Shown here: piece after piece, positions 51,371-64,000 of the stretch
How positions within the stretch are numbered: position 1 is the stretch's first letter
Layout: each line of letters starts with the position of its first letter
DNA from: Daphnia carinata
Lineage: Eukaryota
Assembly: GCF_022539665.2 (NCBI RefSeq)
Contig: NC_081331.1
Span: 8,308,001 to 8,372,000 of the forward strand
Direction: 5' to 3'
DNA length: 64,000 nucleotides
The notes under the pieces: model-generated
What the model was told of the DNA's origin: nothing
Databases searched by the model: none
What the model saw: the letters and a program-made list of their open reading frames with translations, nothing else
Position numbers and translations under genes: made by a program

Positions 51371-53932
51371 GTTTTCGAAGGGCGTGGGGTGGCGGTAATT
51401 TTCATTTTTTATCTTACGACATGGCACAGTGGATGAATGCCTGGATGGCATCGGATTGGTTCTACTGTTAACACACACAAAAAAGAAATATTTATTATTT
51501 ATAAATATGTTTTATGAACAAATTACCAATCCTTGTTTGCTCACAGTGACGGACCAGGTAACTTCTTAACCTAACTTACATTTCAAAATCTTTTATTTAA
51601 GGATTTACGCAGTTAAAGGCATACTATCTCACATGGTTTTAGGAGATTTAGGTGTAGTAATAGTTGGCAAAGCCTTACTGCTGTCTTTCCTTGGTTTTTT
51701 ACCAAGAACGTAGCCAATTCCTGATGGATGACGAATGTAAAGATAATGTCAATGAAAAGTATTAATAAACAATACATCGATTACCAAGATGATGTTTTGG
51801 AAAAAACCTGATCTCCGTCTATCTCCGAAAGTGATGTGCATTTTTGTTGCTCACTTCCACTTATAATATAATCCCTATTCAGAATCTGCACGTACCCTGA
51901 AGTGGATTGTTTGGTGGCTACATTTCTTCATAGACATTCGCTGTGAAGGCGATTGGAGTATTAAATTGGTCTTCACCACTAAATATGAATTCTTTGTTGT
52001 TCTGTTCCCGTGAACTATGACAAAATTCTTTTAAGGGCTTCTCAATGAACTGGTTTGGGTGCCGTAAGGGCCAAGACAATACGAGGACGAGCACAATATG
52101 AGAAAGAGTTCAGATCACTGCAAATGTTAGGCTCTCTAATGCTTTTCGAAGGTTGAACGAACTAGTGACATTGTCGCAGAGGAAAAGACAGAAAAATTTG
52201 TATGAGAGTCTACAAAAACTAACCGTTAGGTGGTAGTCATCCATTCCAAACCTTACACTATTCTCTTGATATTTTGACTTTGAAGTAGATGGATGGTCCG
52301 TTCTTATCGGTTTCATGATTTCCAACAAATTTCAGGATATGAATTCCAACAAATGAATTAAAATTCCCAGCAATTCTATCAAACTAGTTGCCAATTTCTT
52401 TAAGATTTCTTGTAAGACAGTTTTATCGCTGCTACACAACAGACTATCGCCTACCCAAATTTCTAGAAGAGTAATTGCATTTGTTTGCCGAAGGAGGTTA
52501 ATGCGAGATTCAGCTGTTAGAGAAACCATAACCTATCAAACACTTGTTCAGTTTTTGAATCCAGGGGATTCTTGCTCTTGAATTCACCGAACCGATGTCT
52601 TTCTTCTAGGCGCTATCTTATGTTGTTGTTGTCGTCGTGTTTTTTTCATTTTTGGTGTTTTATCTGGTAAATTCAAGCTTTATACTGAGCAGTTTTTACT
52701 TTCGAGGGTTTCGTACGGTACGCGAGGTTTGATAGACTCAGCGGCGTGTCCATTACACTTTTGCCTACCACTCGGCCTTTCCAGAAACAACTACCTAACT
52801 GGTAAATCATCTAAACCAGAAAAACTTTTCAAAATGTCCTTTTTAGGATTTAAGACGTGTTCGGCAATGATTTGGCATCACATTTTCCCTTTTTTCCCTT
52901 GGAATACGGATCCAAAGATATAATCTGATATATCAATATCCGTTTTCTCTTGTACTATTTTTCATATGGTGGTCGTGGAACAATATTTGATTCGAATTGG
53001 TTCAGTCGGCAACCTTAGGATGTTTCATACTAGAAAAAATTTTTTATTTTCGTTGTAGGAATTCTGACTGGATGCAAAATGCTATAAAAATAACAATAAT
53101 AAAAATTGAGATTTTAAAAATAAGTTTCAGACCCCAACCCCCAAAACAACGAAAAGCCAAGTCAAAATTAATAATATTTATTAACTTCCTTACAATCCAG
53201 CCTAATCATTATTTTTAAATGTCCCACATAGCACCGGGTTGACTGTAAGATATGCCAAGGATGTCCCATAGTCCGAAAGACATTCCAGACTAAAACAGGC
53301 CGTCTCAAAGATGTCCGGTCAGGCCTACTTTGGTACAAAGACAGCTCTGTCCAAAAAAGGACGTCTTAGAGATATCTGGTCAGGACTTCCTTAGGTCAAC
53401 GGAATACGAAGACTAAAAAGTGACGTCTTTAAGATGTCAAGACAGGCTTAGTTAACGACAAGGCGATTCGAAGCTAAAAAAAGATGTCTTAAGGATGTTC
53501 CCGGAAAGACAAACTCGGGATTTAGCACTAAGATTAGAATAAGATATTCCTAAGACGTCCAAGATCAAACTATCTCAGGACTATCGTTCAAGAGAAAAAC
53601 GGGATCAGAAGAAGGTGTCTATACGACGTCTACATAGGGAAAATTTCGGACAACTTTATCAGTGAAGTTAAAGGCAAAATGCAGGTGTTTTCTAGACGTC
53701 TTAAGATATCTTAAAGAAGCCTTCTAAATGTGCTCTACACGTCTGTTGGGTGTTTTTCAGATGCCTTGTAGACGCCTATACCCGAAAATTTAAGTCGCCT
53801 CTATCAGTGAAATTTTAAGGGATATACACAGCGTAAAAAACATCTCATCAGTTATTGCGCGAAAATGAACATAAAACAATCAAAATTCATTGTTTCTTTA
53901 ATAGGAAAACTGCAAATGTATTCAACGACGCC

Positions 53933-56900
53933 TGTAATGTCCTGTGCTATAACAACACAGTAACTAGTCGGATGCCGATGATACTATTTAGATTAGATGG
54001 ATTGGTTGTGACCATGCTTCTTGGCTGGCTATAACGCACTGTATTTTCTCTACAGTCTCCCCCACATAGCAACAGCGCTATCTGGTGGCTGTATCAAATA
54101 TTATGTCACCTCCAACCTTTAACAAATGAAACACACAAAGAAAAGGACACATACTCTGTATCACATGGGTGGATGACCAAAATTTCTAGGTTGACTGCGT
54201 TACGTGGGTAGCACTGTGTTGCAACAATAGTCATACATTATGACGCGAAATGTGATGCGAAATCTGACAACAGGTAGAAGACACAGCTACATGAGCGAAT
54301 CAATGGTTTTCGGTTGCTAGTTGACTTCGTAATCTTCGAATCTTTTCGGGAGGTTACAGTTGCGTCTGGGGCGACCTGTTGGCATTTGCTGAACGATGTG
54401 TTCTCCTGGATCTGGAGTGTTGGAGTCAACAGGGTTTTCAGGTTCTGTTCTTTCCCCTTCGTTGCTCGGCTCATATCCTAAAAGATTTTCGTTATGTTGA
54501 TGATGCTGATCAAATTCTTCGTCTTCTTCAGGGTTGCAATGAACGTCTTGGCCTCCGACTGCTTCGGTTAATTCCTTGATGTAAAAAACGTTTCGAGTGA
54601 CTGTGTGAGTACCTCGGCTTGCTGTGATCATGTTCCCTTTGACAGCAACTACAATGTAGAGTTCTGGATGGAAGGGAGGGTCAATCTTGTTGCGGACACT
54701 GTCTTTTCGGAGAAGAACCTTGTCGCCAATGTTGAATACATAGAGTTGAGCGTGCTTGTCTGCGTGTTTTTTCATGTTTGCTTTTTGTTGAGCATCCTTC
54801 AGGCGGATTTTCTCGTCTGTTGCGTTAGAGTTGTGTTCTTAGCGGCCGGCTAAATAACGCGGTTGCGGGTGGTATTCCTGTTGTTGAGTGGGGTGTTGCC
54901 CGATAATTTAAAAGGAATGTAGAGATGATCTCCTTCCATGACAGACCTTCACCAGCCAAACACCGGATTGTTTTCTTCAGGGTCTTCATAAAACGTTCAA
55001 CGCCACCGTTAGCTTGTGGCCATAGAGGTGTGACTTTGCGATGTTGGAAGTTGAATTCCTCCGCAAAGTCTTTCATGTCCTTGCTCGAGAATGGTGGACC
55101 GTTGTCGCTTTTGACTGTTGTTGGGATGCCAAACATGGCGAAAACCTCTTTCAATCTGGGGATTACGGCGTTCGCCGATGTGCTGGAGACTTTTTGTATG
55201 ACCGGGTAACGTGAGTAATCGTCATAGATTACAAGCAGATATTTGTTGCTGGGCAATTGTGCAAAGACCACGCTGATCTGGGTCCATGGGCCGGATGGAA
55301 GCTGTGACATCAGCAGAGGTTCCGGTCGCACAGTTGGGTTGGCTGCCATGCATGGGATGCAAGAGCTAATCCTTATTTCGACCAGCTTGTCTATTCCAGG
55401 GAACAACACTTTTTCTCTGATCAGGCTTTTCGTCTTCACAATTCCCACATTGGTGCGCTGTCTTTATTACGCGATCAGTGAGCTCTTGGGGAATGACCAG
55501 CTCCGAACCCTTAAGCAGTAGTAGACCTTCAGTGGATTGTACTCGTGACAGTTGGTTCAAGACGAGTTTGAATGCTTTGACGCGCTCGGACTCACCAGGC
55601 GTTAGGTTTTCTTGTTTGGTGTCACGTTTGCGATCGAGCATTTTAGCTATGACTTGGATCGCTTTGTCTCGTGTGGTAGCTTCTGCCACTTCCTTGATGG
55701 TAACGGCTTTTGGTGCTGACGTCATTGCAATGTGGTTGACATAGTTCTCGGCGATTACTTCTTCTCTAGACGGGGCCCTGTTCTGAGGGGCTGGATGTCG
55801 TGAGATGAAGTCAGCCGGGTTGTTCTTACCGGGTTGATACTTCACTTCAAACTCGTATTGCTGAAGCTTGAGTAGCCATCTTTCAATTCGGGCTGGAGGT
55901 TGAATCAACGGTTTGTTGAAAATGGTTTCCAGCGGCTTGTGATCCGTTATTACTGAGATCTTGGCACCTATGAGATACAAGTGAAAATGCAGGATTGCCC
56001 AGGTGATTGCGAGAGCCTCGCGCTCAGTTTGGGAGTAGCGAGATTCGATGTCGGTTAAACGTCTGCTGGCGAACGCGAATGGGGTTTGGCTGGCGTCTTT
56101 TGATGTTTGCGCTAGGATTGCACCAAGTCCGGTTGGGCTGGCGTCAACAATTAAGGATGTCGATTTTTTTAAGTCGTAGTACGCCAGCGTTACTGCTTTC
56201 TTTAGACGGTTCTTGAGCTCCTGAAATGCTGTTTGTTTTTTGTTACTCCACGCCCATTTGGTTTTCTTGTGGGTGAGTTTTCTCAAAGGTTCACTGATGC
56301 TTGCAGCATCCACTATGAACCTACTGGAGAATGTAATCATGCCGAGGAAACTTGATACCTCGTCTGGTCCAGATGGAGGGGCAGCTTGATCGATGGCCTG
56401 AACCTTGGCTTTGTCGGGGGCGATTCCGTCTTCGCTGAAATGAAGACCAAAATACGTGACTTCTCTGTTCCCGAACTCACATTTTCCAAAGTTGAGGGTG
56501 AGGTTGCGCTCCTGGAGCCTTCGTAGCACTTCCCGAAGATTCTGGCCATGTTCACCTCTGGATTTTCCGGTCACGAGTATGTCCTCGCTACGATTGACGA
56601 CACCGGTAATGCCACTAATCATTTGCCTTATGACATCATCGAAGATTTCTGCAGCGCAGTTTATGCCAAAGTTAAGTCTCTTGTAACGGAACAGTCCACG
56701 ATGACTAGCGAAAGTTGTGATGAAACGGATTCCGGCATGAGCTCTAATTGATGATAACCTTGGTTCATGTCGAGCTTTGAAAAGAATTTGGCTCCATTTA
56801 AATCGACCACAAGGTCTTCGATGGTGGGAATGACGTGGCGGTGCGCATTATTGCCTTGTTTGGAGCGCGCATGTCTACGCACATACGAAACTTGCCGGGC

Positions 56901-57358
56901 TGCTTTGGCTTTGGAACCCCAATACAGGGTGATACCCATGGGGTTGGACCTTCCGTAACTGGTTCTATGACATCTTCTTGCAAAAGCTTTTGAATCTCCT
57001 CCTCGACGGCTTTTCTGAGATGGAACCCAACATGCCGGTGTTTCTGCGTGACTGGAGAGAACCGATGGGTCGATGTGTAGTTTCACGGTGTAATTTTTCA
57101 TTTTCATTCGCATTTTAGCTGTTCGTATCTGGCTTGTGTATGAGTTGCGTTTATGATTTTGACGAGCTTCAGGTCTTTGGCAGTTTCACAACTCAGTAAG
57201 TTGTCGGCATTGTTCTCGGCGCTTACGTACACAGTAACTTTCGACTCTGCATGCTTGGCTGTGACCATGCTCCTTGGCTGGCTATAACGCACTGTATTTT
57301 CTCTACAGTCTCCCCCACATAGCAACAGCGCTATCTGGTGGCTGTATCAAACATTACA
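53933..57358 (-). mobile_element. Gypsy LTR retrotransposon 2 (Mag-like), gag deleted
   Basis: TSD ACGCC. 3' LTR 53933-54105 and partial 5' LTR ~57255-57358 fused to the protease region. RT (PWVSP..RMCVDMR, FSKLDMNQGYHQ), RNase H (DAS, YSQTEREAL, TDHKPL), integrase (SDNGPPF, QANGGVERF, YRATPHSTTG). Confidence 0.93.
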
Positions 57359-58919
57359 ACGCCGAAGTAGGCAATCTAACCACCTTACACAAAATATCTT
57401 TCATGTCTACAATTGAACGTTAGCAGACAGCGATGACACAAGATATTCTTGGATTACAGACGAACGACAGCGATCCGTATAGACATCTTGTTGGTTTGCA
57501 TATCTTTATGCAATTACAACTGCATTATCACGAAGATTTACAAAATCATATATCAGAACAACGGACATGTCTTTAAGAAAAACACAACTATCGGCCTCAT
57601 CAACGGATTTCAAGTGTCCAATTCCTGGAGTGTTTATTTGCTTTCCGAGGTGTTTTTACAAGAGCTCAGGTTGGAAGAGGAAGATCAGGAAGATACGGAT
57701 GCAAAATTTTCAATAGTTGACCACATTTGGAAAAGTCTATGTGATTTTCTTTATTTCACGTAGCTGACACGTAGTTGACACTTAATTTTTTGCTGCTGGT
57801 CCATCAACATCAAATTCTTCTATTGTTGTAGATAACGATTCTTCAAGATTACTATCACTACCACGACTGTCTGGTGCTTGCTTGTCAGAATAGTTCTCTG
57901 AAGACAACACGAACACTGTCACAGGTGTTGTGGGCCCCTTTTTACCAAAGCAAGGTTAGTTACAGTCTTCAAAAATTTTTATTCAAGATAATATGCTTTT
58001 ACGTCTAATGTAGGTATCCGTTGGATTTGAGTTTCTGCTAGTGTATCAGGGACAATACCAACTTCAACATCAAGTTGGGTGGAAATCGAACCAACTTCGA
58101 CATCTGACTCTGACAAGTCATATGAGTAGTTGTCATCCTCACACAAAAATTGCAAGTATGATGCATTTTCCTGATTTCGCCTCCTTTTATTTCTATGTGT
58201 CATTCTCCTGATAATTAAAAAAGTCAAATCAAAACCAACAATAGAAACACTTTTCCTGATATACATACCTATAGTGATGGTTTAAGTTGTGATGTTTAAG
58301 CACGTAACAAACAAGTAATCAATCAATAATATTTCAGAATGAAAATATGCTCATAATTCACTTATACCACACGACAGTTTCAACAGAGAGTGCTTCAGAA
58401 GATGGAAAAAAACAAATGACAAAACAAATGCGAGTCTCGAACCATTTCAGAAATACGCCCCCTTTTTTCTCACTTTTTTTCAGTCTAGTATCAGTTATTG
58501 GAAGAAGTGGTGTTAAATTTTACAGTGAACAAGTGGATTTTCTTGTGTGCTTATTATCGTTTGGGCTTAACTTTCACTGGCTGACATCTGATTAAAATGA
58601 ATATATTCTTAACTGTGCAATTTCAAGACAAAACTAAAGAAAACGAAGTCGTCCCTAGTACCTGGCTTCATGGTGGATGGTGTTCCTTGCCTTCCAAAAA
58701 TCGCCGAAAATTGTCTGAGGGTATTGCAATTTTGAAAATGTCATAGAAACGCCATAATTGCAAAATTCTTTCAAGTTACGGTAAGTTATGTTAGTATATG
58801 TACAGGAGGTTGCAGTGAAATGTGTCAGGTTTGGCAAACAAAGGATAGGGAAGACCGCTACATTTTTCTGCAATATACTGTACAATTGTTATGTACTAAT
58901 AAATTTATTTGTTTCAATA

Positions 58920-59620
58920 GATTCTTTTGAAAAAGACATGATCAGAAAAGGTGGGTCTGACACGTCAGATTTAGCAGGGATATTTTTGAGCAATTCAAGG
59001 AGAAATCTCAGATCAGAGGAATATAGAAGGATAGAAATCAACAGAAAAAAGCCAAGCATCTCACACAATCCTCGTTACCGACTTCATCCATCTACTTTGA
59101 CGAAAGACTTAGCAGTGAAGTTGACCCAATTGACATTAGTGTGGGAAAAAATCGCCATCCTGTCTTTCAAAAATATGTCAGACTTCTTTGAAAACGAAAG
59201 AAGACATCCAACATTTCGAAGAAAAATTGTTGAAACATGACGTCCGAAACAATCTTGTAGGGCTCCATTAATGTTAAATTAGTTAACTGTTCCTTGCACC
59301 ACAATATCGTTAACATGTTTTCATTTCAGGTGGAGATGCTGCGTTAGGTTCTTTGAAAAAAACGTGGAGGATACAGTTAGAAGAATTCAGCGCGAGGTGA
59401 TGACTAACGAATTGATGAAAACCAACACTTAGAGTGAAACACCAAAACCGAACAGTGGGAAGGAGAAGGGTTTAGCGGTGAAAGGTTCGAGATTATTCTT
59501 AGCTGTTACGGAGGCCGTTAAATATGAAGAATTCAGCAAAACACCTATCCCACATAGTGAACAAACTTCCCAAATGATTATAAGAAAAACAGTGATAGGT
59601 TAACGCAAAGTACAGCAAAC
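58920..59620 (+). pseudogene. DUF4806/BEN-like accessory ORF of the second CACTA element
   Basis: Spliced, disrupted frame ending ...KNVEDTVRRIQREVMTNELMK..KGSRLFLAVTEAV. A divergent acidic ORF remnant starts at 58266 on the minus strand. Confidence 0.55.
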
Positions 59621-60659
59621 AAATCGTGATGCTTTTTTACATGTCCCTATTTATTTACTTGATCCTGTATAGGCCGTATGGCCCCGCAATGTGTTGATGT
59701 ACAATGCTAAATTCAAGAATATATTGCTTGACATGTAATGATGTGGACTCTTGTTACCATTTTAGGCTTCATATTTTCGTAAAGTTTTTGACGTTATATT
59801 CCATTTTCTATGACGTCTGTTAGAGCAAAGTGTGGTCTTTAACCATACTTTAGACGTCACTTTCTATGCATTTGGGCGGCATTTTCCATTCTCTGGGACG
59901 CCGTGATCCATAACTACGGAAGTCTTAAAGGCAACTATAAGATATTTTTGGGAATTCGCCTATGTAAAACAACATCGTCATGAACGTCTTCCATGCATCA
60001 AAATGAAAACTTAAATTTGTCCGCAGATTGTCTTGAAAGTTATCTTAAAGATACTACTAGTCCCGGACATTTGGACGAAGGGAAGGAGTCTTAAATATTA
60101 CCTAAAGAGCTTCTCGGGTTCTCCTCACTCGGGACGATCGGACATCCTCGGGATGTTTTAACGACAGCCCGGTGCTATGTGGGGTGGTTCATGGAGCGCG
60201 TAACTAACTCTTGCTTTGGCATAAAAAAAAGAATAATTTTTTATTTTAACATACGCACAAGATTTTAAAAATTGTTTATCAGTGAAAAGTATTTCTTCTT
60301 TGGACCAACAATTACATGCTTTCAACGATTGTTTTATCATAACCCTTTAAAGGACTTCATGCAGCTCCGTTACTTGAAATAAATTGTGTTGTTCGTCCCT
60401 ATTTGTAGTTTATCTTGGAAATCAGTTGTTAACTTGACTCTTCTTTCAACACAACCATTTAGAACTCATGTTTACCATGAATGGTAAAAAAAATTGCAAA
60501 AAAATTGTCTCAATTTTAGGATAATAATGATTTCTTATTGTTATGAGCCTGCTATCCCCGTCATAACTAGGCTGACATCGCGTCAGCTTCATTAAAGCAG
60601 TGCCAGATGGGGTAGTTCTCATCCCTGAGCCCCTTCCTCCGTTCCCTGTAGGAAAGGTG

Positions 60660-62075
60660 AGACGACGTCTCGGGTGATCCTCTGATTCTGTTTTTTAGCT
60701 AAACGTGCCTTTTTTATAGTGCTATAAAACCAATAGGTGGTTTCCCCGAGATAGCTTTTTCGTCGACATGTACAAGCATCAATCGTAGTGCTTGCATCTC
60801 TTGACTTATCCAACTCTTCATACAAAGTCTGTCGTCGGGGGTTGTATTTGTTTTCAAAGAGTTCTGCGAAAAATTTTCGACAATGTAGCTATGGATTCGG
60901 AGCCAAACGAGAAACCAGCTATTTGAAATTTGGTTTCTCAACAGAATGTAGAGGGAGTACGTCCACAATAAGCCAGTTCTAAAACAAAATCCAATATAAC
61001 TTTAGTGCAACATATTCAAATTATCAAATAACCACGTACCAAAACCCAATCATCTAAATCTGTTTGGGTTATGAAAGGTCTTAAAGCAATAAAAGGAAAA
61101 AACATTGCCACTCTGTTTGCCGGATCATTGATCCTTCATCTTTGAACATGAAATTCTCCAGAGCTCTTCATGATTTAACTCTTTGGTTGGATCGTGAGCC
61201 GAAGAATAAAAAGAGAACAATATTATAGTAATTATACTACACCAAAATAATAAATCTTACACAGAAATGACGCTTTGCAGTAGCTCTCGTGTCTTGTACA
61301 CAATAAGATAATTATCTTTGCCGTATTTCTTTTTCTTCACGCTACAGTTTGGAAATGCACATCTGTAATATGCTGCGTTCTTACCTGGTACATCTCCAAC
61401 AAACTCAAAATCCTCAGGAGGTAATGCAAGTCGTTTGGTTGCCTCTTTTTTAAAGTATTGTATTGTATGACTTTTTTAAAGTATCGCTTCGAACCCTGTT
61501 TCTATGGTTCTGTCTAATGATTTATGTGCAGTACCCACCAGAAGAATTGGATCACTCTCTTGGAATTTTACTGTTTCACCCGCATGGGATAGGCCCTACG
61601 GTTTCTTGTGGCAGAATTTTTTCTTATATAGATTTTGCACGTAAAATTATCGGATTTGTTGCATTACAAAGATAAAGTAGTGTTCTTCATAGGGTATGGA
61701 GGTGGCAATGGAAATTTTGTCGGCCAAACGGAACAAGACAAAACCAAAATTGACGTGTTTGTGTTCGTAAAACGAAATGTTCATCTTTGGAAGCTGCCGA
61801 TCGTTAAGATGAAAAAAGACAAATCAATCGGATTTGATATGGGTTTGATTTTTATTTTTAAAAATACGAAATCATTTGTATTTCAGCCATCTTTTCAAGG
61901 ACTTGGTTTGGAAACCGATTTTTTACGTGATTTCATTTGGATTTGATTTGACGGAATTTATTTTTTCGATGATTTGATTTTAGGCTTAAAAAACTACCAA
62001 ATGCAATACACTGCATCTCTAGAACTTAACATGCGTAGTTCTAGCTCTCTCCAATTCAAACGATACCCCCGCCCT
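60660..62075 (-). mobile_element. Second hAT element, 5' fragment with BED-finger and transposase remnant
   Basis: Minus strand YRCAFPNCSVKK (BED-like, ~61350) and STTIDACTCRRKSYLGETTYW (~60730-60790), similar to the hAT at ~45260. Candidate terminus TAGGGCGGGG ending at 62075, with GATTT subterminal repeats. Confidence 0.65.
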
Positions 62076-62489
62076 AGTATGCTTCACGGTAAAACTACAG
62101 AAAACAACAGAGTCGAGGGTGGACGCCACTGGAACGCTGGGCAATTGAAACAAAGATTCTACCACTCGAAGTTTGACAAGGGGCTTAGTTAAAAAAAATT
62201 TGAGATAACAGAAATTAGGGTTGTTTATTTTTAGTAAAAAAAATTAGAGGCTTTAGATTCTAAACGTTTTTGAGTTATCCCAAATAGTTTTCTTTTAGGT
62301 CGATTTTTAATTTTTGCCCAGACAACTTTTTCATTTTAACCCCTTCAACGATGGAGAAATTTATTTTTGAAAAGTCTTCAATCATTCCTAGTTCATTGAA
62401 CTGCAAACTGATCACACTATTTTTTTCCTAGCTTTTTTTATACTCTATAAACAATTAATTTTCGTGAAGACCCATGCTTGGGGCAGAGT

Positions 62490-64000
62490 CATAGAGAATA
62501 TGGTAGATGATCTGCATGTTAAAAGTCCCATAAGGAATTTCTGGAAAGTGTACCCGAGTTTCACGATTCCTCCCAACCACCCTCCAACCACCCCACCCGC
62601 TTGAGAGCCAATGAAAACCGGTCCCGTGCAAAAAACCCTGCCACCTACGTACTAAATGTTTAACTGAATAATGAAATTCTCATTCCGCCATTGTAAAAAC
62701 CCAGAAAGCACATTGTTTCCAAATAAGGTAGGGGCTGTGTGAGTAAAATGCCCAAGAAAAACAGGAAGAGATGCATTTTTCCTCATTGTAATTCTAATTA
62801 CAATAAGGAAAATAAATTTCAAATTACTTTTTTCCAACCACCAACAGACTCGTTAGAAATCTGGAAAAGTATCATTGGTAAATCTCAATTGACTTGCCGT
62901 TCAACTGTCAGTTGTAAACACTTTCACGAAGCTGACATCATCAAGGGAAGAATCGTTCAAGATAAATTTTACCCTTACCCAAGATGGAGATTGAGGAAGG
63001 GTGCTGTGCCCATAAAACAAGGTAAATATTATCCTGATAAATATGTGAACTGTAATGATTTTATATTCATTGTTCATTCATGTGTTAAGTAGGAAACACC
63101 GATGAAGTCGCACCAAGTGAAATTCCAAATTTGATGGAAAAGACAGGTATGTAAAATGTATAGTATTATGTGTCTTATTTAAATCATTACACTCAATCTT
63201 CATTTATATTCACAGATTATAAATATTCAAAGATTGCGAACGAAAGGCTTCAACTATCAAGGCTTTGCTAAAGGACGAGTTATTTGAAGAATTGTCGATA
63301 AGATATGTTGATGAATTGTCAAAAGATCAATTTTGTGATGCGACTAAGAACAAAATAATATACGACTTGGCCGGTTATGTAATGCACACTCGGGACCAAT
63401 TAACGGTTTGTAAAGAATGTTACGCATCAGCCATTAGTGATGAGGAAAATTTACTGGATGACTTTATTGCCAAAGATTATACCGCTTTCCGCTCAAGGGG
63501 CGGCCTGTGTTTTGTTACTATTCTCGTTTATGAAACCATTCGCGAAGTTGAAAAAGTGGTATCGTTTCACTTTGAAGATGACAATCACTATTTAGTGCGG
63601 GACAGCTATGATATTTGTATGTCTAAAATTAAGTTACTATCCCTCCGTCCATTCTTCTGTGATTCCCATCGGCAAGAGTCATTCCCATTTTTCATTATGG
63701 AATATGTAAATGTAAGATATCATTTGGAGGCAAAACGATTTAAAGATAGAATCCTGTCAAAAGATGATAGTAATGTAAAAAAAAAATTTTAGTTGGCCAA
63801 ACTCGGTTAGTTTAATACAAAATAGAAAACAAGCTGTTGCATGTTTTAAAAGTTCCCGTTAACCATCTACGATACGAATATTCAATATCTTGTATGTTTG
63901 GACTTCGTTCTTTTTTGCTGGTTAATCATGTACAGTTCACAATTCTGCCACTAGAGGGCAGTGTTTTTTGCACGGCACATCGTGTGTCTTGGGGACCCTG
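62490..64000 (+). mobile_element. Internally deleted P-element-like transposon (right end outside the window)
   Basis: Starts CATAGAG, a P-type terminus. THAP exon at 62748. Transposase C-terminal segment YDLAGYV...CKEC...RGGL (63265-63792). The catalytic core is absent. Confidence 0.8.
62748..63271 (+). CDS. Predicted spliced 127-aa THAP-domain protein (exons 62748-63021, 63093-63146, 63216-63271)
   Basis: CIFPHC...FFQPP...W...SCKHF...LRKGAVP. Canonical GT-AG introns of 71 and 69 nt keep the frame open until TAA at 63269-63271. Confidence 0.6.

Larger units (their letters stand above)
53223..60183. mobile_element. CACTA/EnSpm (CMC) element with a nested Gypsy
   Basis: TIR CCCACATAGCACCGGG...CCCGGTGCTATGTGGG, imperfectly extending ~50 bp. 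2-bp TSD GT. GACGTC/GATGTC subterminal repeats. Confidence 0.88.

Noticed and set aside
53219..53249. Reverse complement looks like a TA-flanked pogo/Tigger TIR
   Set aside because: Better explained as the CACTA left TIR, which has a matching right TIR and GT TSD at 60183.
54060..54071. CCCACATAGCA in the Gypsy 2 LTR is identical to the start of the host CACTA TIR
   Set aside because: It is an 11-bp match, not at an insertion junction, and is probably chance.

Overview
This is eukaryotic, intron-containing DNA. The 60-75 nt introns and the TE repertoire suggest an arthropod, probably a Daphnia-like crustacean (inference). The first ~1.2 kb holds the first coding exon and a DRE-type promoter of a DRAK/STK17-like kinase gene on the minus strand. 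The remaining ~63 kb is almost entirely nested transposable elements. Retroelements: three BEL/Pao elements (one nearly intact), two Gypsy elements, a solo LTR and a degraded LINE. DNA transposons: an 18-kb hAT swollen by insertions plus its MITE, two CACTA/EnSpm elements with spliced DUF4806/BEN-like accessory genes, a MULE, P-like elements and Harbinger-type MITEs. Three observations stand out. (1) One BEL/Pao element has an extra ORF after integrase encoding a coiled coil plus a second Gag-type Cys/His array, preceded by a TGTAA motif cluster and an Inr. (2) A deleted P-like element would splice to a KP-like THAP-only protein. (3) A very degenerate, possibly gB-like/env glycoprotein relic is split by the hAT. 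No rRNA, tRNA or CRISPR was seen.
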